DNA of 64,000 nt from an uncultured Chloroflexia bacterium (GTDB taxonomy: Bacteria > Chloroflexota > Limnocylindria > Limnocylindrales > CSP1-4). Position 1 is the first letter of the stretch. Every line of letters begins with the position of its first letter. Below, piece after piece: positions 60,308 to 64,000 of this stretch. The notes beneath the pieces were generated by a model that was not told the DNA's origin, ran no database searches, and saw only the letters and a list, made by a program, of their open reading frames with translations. Position numbers and translations under genes: made by a program. Location of the stretch: assembly GCA_963700245.1 (NCBI GenBank), contig CAVOWV010000011.1, positions 99,405-163,404 on the forward strand, given 5' to 3'.

Positions 60308-60694
60308 TCAGACGCGGATGACCCGGAGTGGCGGGACGTCCTCGAAGCCATCGTCCTGCGTCACCAGCGGAACGTCGAGCGCGATCGCGGTCGCCGCGAT
60401 CCACGAGTCGTTGATGCCCATTCGGCGGCCGAGGTCCCGGAGGGTGACCCTCAGGCGGGCCCAGGCCGCGGCCACGTCCTCGTCGACGGGCACCGGATCG
60501 AGGGCGAGGACGGACGTGAGGGTGGCGAGGCGCAGGTCACGCGTCGTGAGGTCCGCGGCCGCGAGGACGCCGGCCCGGAGCTCGCCCACCGTGATCACCG
60601 AGACGGCGAGCCGGTCCGGCAGAAGGTCCGAGCGCAGCGTGCGCCCGCTCTCGTGAGCGATGAAGACGCTCGTGTCGGCGAGGCCCTCGGTCAT
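60308..60694 (-). CDS. vapC: VapC PIN-domain toxin
   Basis: MTEGLADTSVFIAHE...; PIN acidic residues; ATG overlaps antitoxin stop (ATGA). Confidence 0.85.
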   Translation of the reverse strand: MTEGLADTSVFIAHESGRTLRSDLLPDRLAVSVITVGELRAGVLAAADLTTRDLRLATLTSVLALDPVPVDEDVAAAWARLRVTLRDLGRRMGINDSWIAATAIALDVPLVTQDDGFEDVPPLRVIRV

Positions 60695-61020
60695 GGGATC
60701 GGCTCGTCGTCGGTGGTGCCCGGGGCCAGGTCGCGCAGGTCAGCAGTGAGCCTCGAATCGGCCGGGTGGCGGAGAACCAGCCGGAGGAAGTCGTCCCGGG
60801 CGATCCACCGGGGCCGGTCGAGCGAGGGCACGTCGGACCGGAGGTCGGCATCGCCGGCGAACGACACGGGAGCCTCGCGGGCCTGATGGCGGGCCGTCAC
60901 CGCATCCACGCCGTCGCGGATCAGGCGCGCCTCAGAACGACCTTGCGCCTCTGCGGCACTCGCGAGTGCGACCTTCTGCTGGTGCGTGAGATAGACCGTC
61001 GTCTTCTCCATGCCACCCAT
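60691..61020 (-). CDS. vapB: ribbon-helix-helix antitoxin (VapB/CopG-like), start M68 or M71 of ORF 60691..61221
   Basis: MEKTTVYLTHQQKVALASAAEAQGRSEARLIRDGVDAV (RHH) plus extended C-terminal toxin-binding region. Confidence 0.7.
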   Translation of the reverse strand: MGGMEKTTVYLTHQQKVALASAAEAQGRSEARLIRDGVDAVTARHQAREAPVSFAGDADLRSDVPSLDRPRWIARDDFLRLVLRHPADSRLTADLRDLAPGTTDDEPIP

Positions 61021-61238
61021 GATGCCACCTATGACTGGCATTTGCCGCCCGCCCTCGCCACACGGCCCACTGGTGCTAGCCCCACCCAGAAGATGCCCGC
61101 TGCCCGGCTGGGAACCCGGGGCCTCGCGCCGTAGCGTCGACGTCGACAGCAAGTCATCCAATGAGGCCGGGACAACCCGGGCGGGGCAGGCCCAACGCGG
61201 CCCCAGCCGGATCCCGGTCATCGAAAGGGGTATTCCAA

Positions 61239-62177
61239 GTGCGGCGCCTGTCCCTGGTCGCGACGTCGGTCGTGATCCTCCTCGCTCTCTTCGCTCCCGC
61301 GGCCCTCGCGGCCGGTCCGGTCACCTCGACCGGGAGCGTCATCGTCTCCGTCCAGGGCACCGTCGACGTGCCGGCCGGCTCGAACCCGGAGGCCGTCGTG
61401 GTCGTGGACGGCACGGCCTCCATCAGCGGCGATGCCGACACGGTCGTCGTCGCCGGCGGGACCGCGACCCTCACCGGCGCCACGGTCGACAGCCTGGTCG
61501 TGATCGACGGCCGCGCGGACCTGCAGGCCGGCACGACCGTCCGGCGCGTGAGCACCCTGGGCGGCACCGTCACCCAGGCGCCCGGCGCGGAGATCACCGG
61601 GCGCATGGCCTCGTTCGACGTCGATCTGGCTGCACTCGCGCTGCTGCTGATCCCGCTTGCGCTCGCGCTCGCTGTGGGCTTCGCGATCGCCGGCATCGCC
61701 GCCGCCCTGCTGGTTGCCGCGTTCGGAGCCCGCCAGGTCCGCGACACCGAGGCCCTGATCTCGGAGCGACCCGGGCACGTGCTCGTGGCCGGCATCGCCG
61801 GGAGCATCGGCCTGCCGCTGGTCGCCGCGATGCTGATCTTCACGGTCATCGGGGCGCCGATCGGGTTCGCCATGCTGTTCGCGGTCCTGCCCGTCCTCCT
61901 GTTCCTGGCCTGGCTGGTCGCCGCGATCTGGATCGGCGACTGGCTCGTGGCTCACACCCGCGGCGAGCGCGAGCCCGGCCGGCCGTACCGCGCCGCGGTC
62001 CTGGGGGTCATCGTCCTGGCCCTCGCGTCGGTCCTCCCGTTCGTCTCGGCGATCGCCACGGTGTTCGGCCTCGGCGCCCTGCTGCTCGCCGGCTGGCGCG
62101 TCCTGAAGCCCGAGCAGCCTGGCCGGGCCACCATGGATCCGATGGGTCCGATGCAGGTGTCGCCCAGCGCGAGCTGA
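61239..62177 (+). CDS. hypothetical secreted/membrane protein: N-terminal beta-helix-like G/T/V-rich repeats plus four C-terminal TM helices
   Basis: GTG with aagggg RBS; signal-like LVATSVVILLALFAPAALAAG; repeats VVVVDGTASISGDADTVVVAGGTATLTGATVDSLVVIDGRADL resembling bactofilin/polymer-forming repeats. Confidence 0.5.
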   Translation: MRRLSLVATSVVILLALFAPAALAAGPVTSTGSVIVSVQGTVDVPAGSNPEAVVVVDGTASISGDADTVVVAGGTATLTGATVDSLVVIDGRADLQAGTTVRRVSTLGGTVTQAPGAEITGRMASFDVDLAALALLLIPLALALAVGFAIAGIAAALLVAAFGARQVRDTEALISERPGHVLVAGIAGSIGLPLVAAMLIFTVIGAPIGFAMLFAVLPVLLFLAWLVAAIWIGDWLVAHTRGEREPGRPYRAAVLGVIVLALASVLPFVSAIATVFGLGALLLAGWRVLKPEQPGRATMDPMGPMQVSPSAS

Positions 62178-62299
62178 GCCCACGACAGCCACGGCGCCCG
62201 GGCGATGTCCGCCCGGGCGCCGTCATGCGCGTCCGGATCCCGATTGGAGATCGTCAGGGGGCGCCGGGCGACGACGGCCGCTCGCGCTTCAGCGCCCGA

Positions 62300-62503
62300 T
62301 CAGAACGGGGTGTCCCGGCCCGAATCCTTGGACCGCTCGCGAACGGGGTCCACGAGGTCGCCCGGGCGATGCGCGGCGTCGCCCGGGACGGGCTTGGCCT
62401 TCCCCTTGGTCTTCCGCTTCCGATCGCTCGTGAGTGCGCGCAGCCGTTCCTCGCTCGTCAGCGGCGCCGGGGCCGCGGCGGGCTCGGTGGGCTCATCGGT
62501 CAT
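62300..62503 (-). CDS. small basic hypothetical protein (67 aa)
   Basis: ggagg RBS 8 nt before ATG; Lys/Arg-rich KRKTKGKAKPVPG. Confidence 0.4.
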   Translation of the reverse strand: MTDEPTEPAAAPAPLTSEERLRALTSDRKRKTKGKAKPVPGDAAHRPGDLVDPVRERSKDSGRDTPF

Positions 62504-62566
62504 GACCGCGTGCCTCCAGCTTGTTCATCGACGTAGGCGTCCGGGGAGACGCGAGGCTCGCCTCCG

Positions 62567-63985
62567 TCATGCGGCCGCGCCCTCGTCCGCAACCGGCTCC
62601 GGCATCGGCAGGGGCGCGGCGCTCCCATCCTTCCCGAAGCGATGGTCCAGGTGCCGCTCCGCCCAGCGGCGGATCTGGCGATAGACGGCCGGGGCGCCGA
62701 CGAGCTCCTCGTCGAGCTCCCAGTCCGCGGGGTGCATGATCAGCGGCAGCGTCTGCGGCCCACCGAGACCCCCGTGCGAGCCGATGAGCTCCTCGAAGGC
62801 CGCGACCTCCTCGAACTCGGGGTCGTACAGGCTGATCACCGACAGGTCGGGCACATAGTCCATCCCGTCGAGGCGCAGGAACGCCTCGCGCGAGCGGCCG
62901 CCATACTGGGCGACGGGATCCACGCCCTCCACGCGGTTCTCGGCGAGGAAGTTGATGCCCTCCCGGCCGATGACGATGGAGCCGTGCTGCTCCGACTTGA
63001 TCAGCATCGCCCCGATGCCCGGGTGCGCCGCCAGGGCATCGATGAGCCCCGGGTGAGCCGCGGCGAGCTGCTCCACCGTTACCCGTCCGGGCATCTGCGG
63101 GAAGTAGACGAGCCCGAGGTTGCCCGACGCGATGGCGATGAGGTCGGGGCGCTCCTCGGACGGCGCTCCGGGTGCCGATGCCGTCTCGGAGCTGTCCGCC
63201 TCGGCCGGTCCGAGCGCCACGACGCCGTCCGAGGTCTGCGAGCGGAGCGTCGTCCTAGCGATGCCACCCGACACGCCCTTGGTCTGGGTCAGCTCGGAGA
63301 GGAAGGCGTTCGTCTGGCCCCACTCCTCGACGCGAGCCGTGGCTTCCGTCAGCTTCGCATCGCCGGCCATCAGCTCCCGGATCACGTCGCCCAGGGTCTT
63401 GCCGTAGCGCTGGAGGAACGTCGCCCCCAGGGTCTGGCCGTGGTCCGACACGATGACGAACTTGTAGGGTCGGGCCGCGGACTTGGCGGCCTTCTCCAGG
63501 GTCGCGATCGCCCGATCCACGCCGTCGAGGGCGTCGAATGTCTCGGCCCGCTCGGGCCCGCTGTGGTGGGCGATCTCGTCGTAGTCCGTGTAGTCGACGT
63601 AGATGACCGGCGCTCCCCGGTACATCTCCTCGATGACGAGCGACGTCGACAGGTCGCGCAGGCCGACGTTGGTGGCGGCGCGCGCGATGGGATAGGGTCG
63701 CCCGCGGTGCATCCGGGGGACGACGCCCGCTCGAACCTGGCGACGCGCCTGGATGTTCTCCTTGATCATCTCGGCGACGAAGCGGACGATGGTGCCGAGG
63801 TAGTTGTACGGGCTGGCGAAGAAGGTGAGGAAGGTCTGGCTCTGGCCCAGGCCCTGGCCCTTGTCCTTGATCGTGGCCATCGTGATGTAGGAGCGGACGG
63901 CATCGCCGGAGAAGAGGTTGCCGACGCTCGCCCCGTCGTTCGAGCAGAGCCCCTCACCATTCGAGATCCTGGTCGCGACCTCCAT
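62567..63985 (-). CDS. alkaline-phosphatase-superfamily (type I phosphodiesterase/nucleotide pyrophosphatase-like) protein; may extend beyond window end
   Basis: VIVSDHGQT..., metal-ligand-like motifs of the AP superfamily, YVDYTDYDEIAHHSG; reading frame stays open to nt 64000. Confidence 0.6.
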   Translation of the reverse strand: MEVATRISNGEGLCSNDGASVGNLFSGDAVRSYITMATIKDKGQGLGQSQTFLTFFASPYNYLGTIVRFVAEMIKENIQARRQVRAGVVPRMHRGRPYPIARAATNVGLRDLSTSLVIEEMYRGAPVIYVDYTDYDEIAHHSGPERAETFDALDGVDRAIATLEKAAKSAARPYKFVIVSDHGQTLGATFLQRYGKTLGDVIRELMAGDAKLTEATARVEEWGQTNAFLSELTQTKGVSGGIARTTLRSQTSDGVVALGPAEADSSETASAPGAPSEERPDLIAIASGNLGLVYFPQMPGRVTVEQLAAAHPGLIDALAAHPGIGAMLIKSEQHGSIVIGREGINFLAENRVEGVDPVAQYGGRSREAFLRLDGMDYVPDLSVISLYDPEFEEVAAFEELIGSHGGLGGPQTLPLIMHPADWELDEELVGAPAVYRQIRRWAERHLDHRFGKDGSAAPLPMPEPVADEGAAA

Positions 63986-64000
63986 CGCGTCCTCCGGATG

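Overview
High-GC (~70%) actinobacterial-type chromosomal segment, mostly core metabolism and membrane transport. Recognisable genes: gltB-gltD (glutamate synthase), a thiolase/crotonase pair, fumC, purK-purE, a TetR-controlled glycerol operon (glpD, glpK, FAD-linked oxidase), arcA, ppgK, ppk2, a P-type ATPase, several K+ channels/antiporters, one two-component system, two tandem ABC-2 transporter pairs and three VapBC-type toxin-antitoxin modules. One tRNA-Thr(CGU) is followed by a small lower-GC islet (micro-ORF, KMO-like monooxygenase, VapBC) that abuts an ABC-exporter membrane domain lacking its ATPase. Other unusual points: a GrpB-PurK fusion ORF; three DUF1269-like paralogs next to a translationally coupled PPK2/P-type ATPase pair, one of them in frame with an arylsulfatase; several short tandem-repeat arrays. 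At least twelve genes show single-nucleotide frameshifts, most likely an assembly/sequencing indel artefact. Manually derived internal coordinates may be off by 1-2 nt. No CRISPR array, integrase or transposase was recognised.
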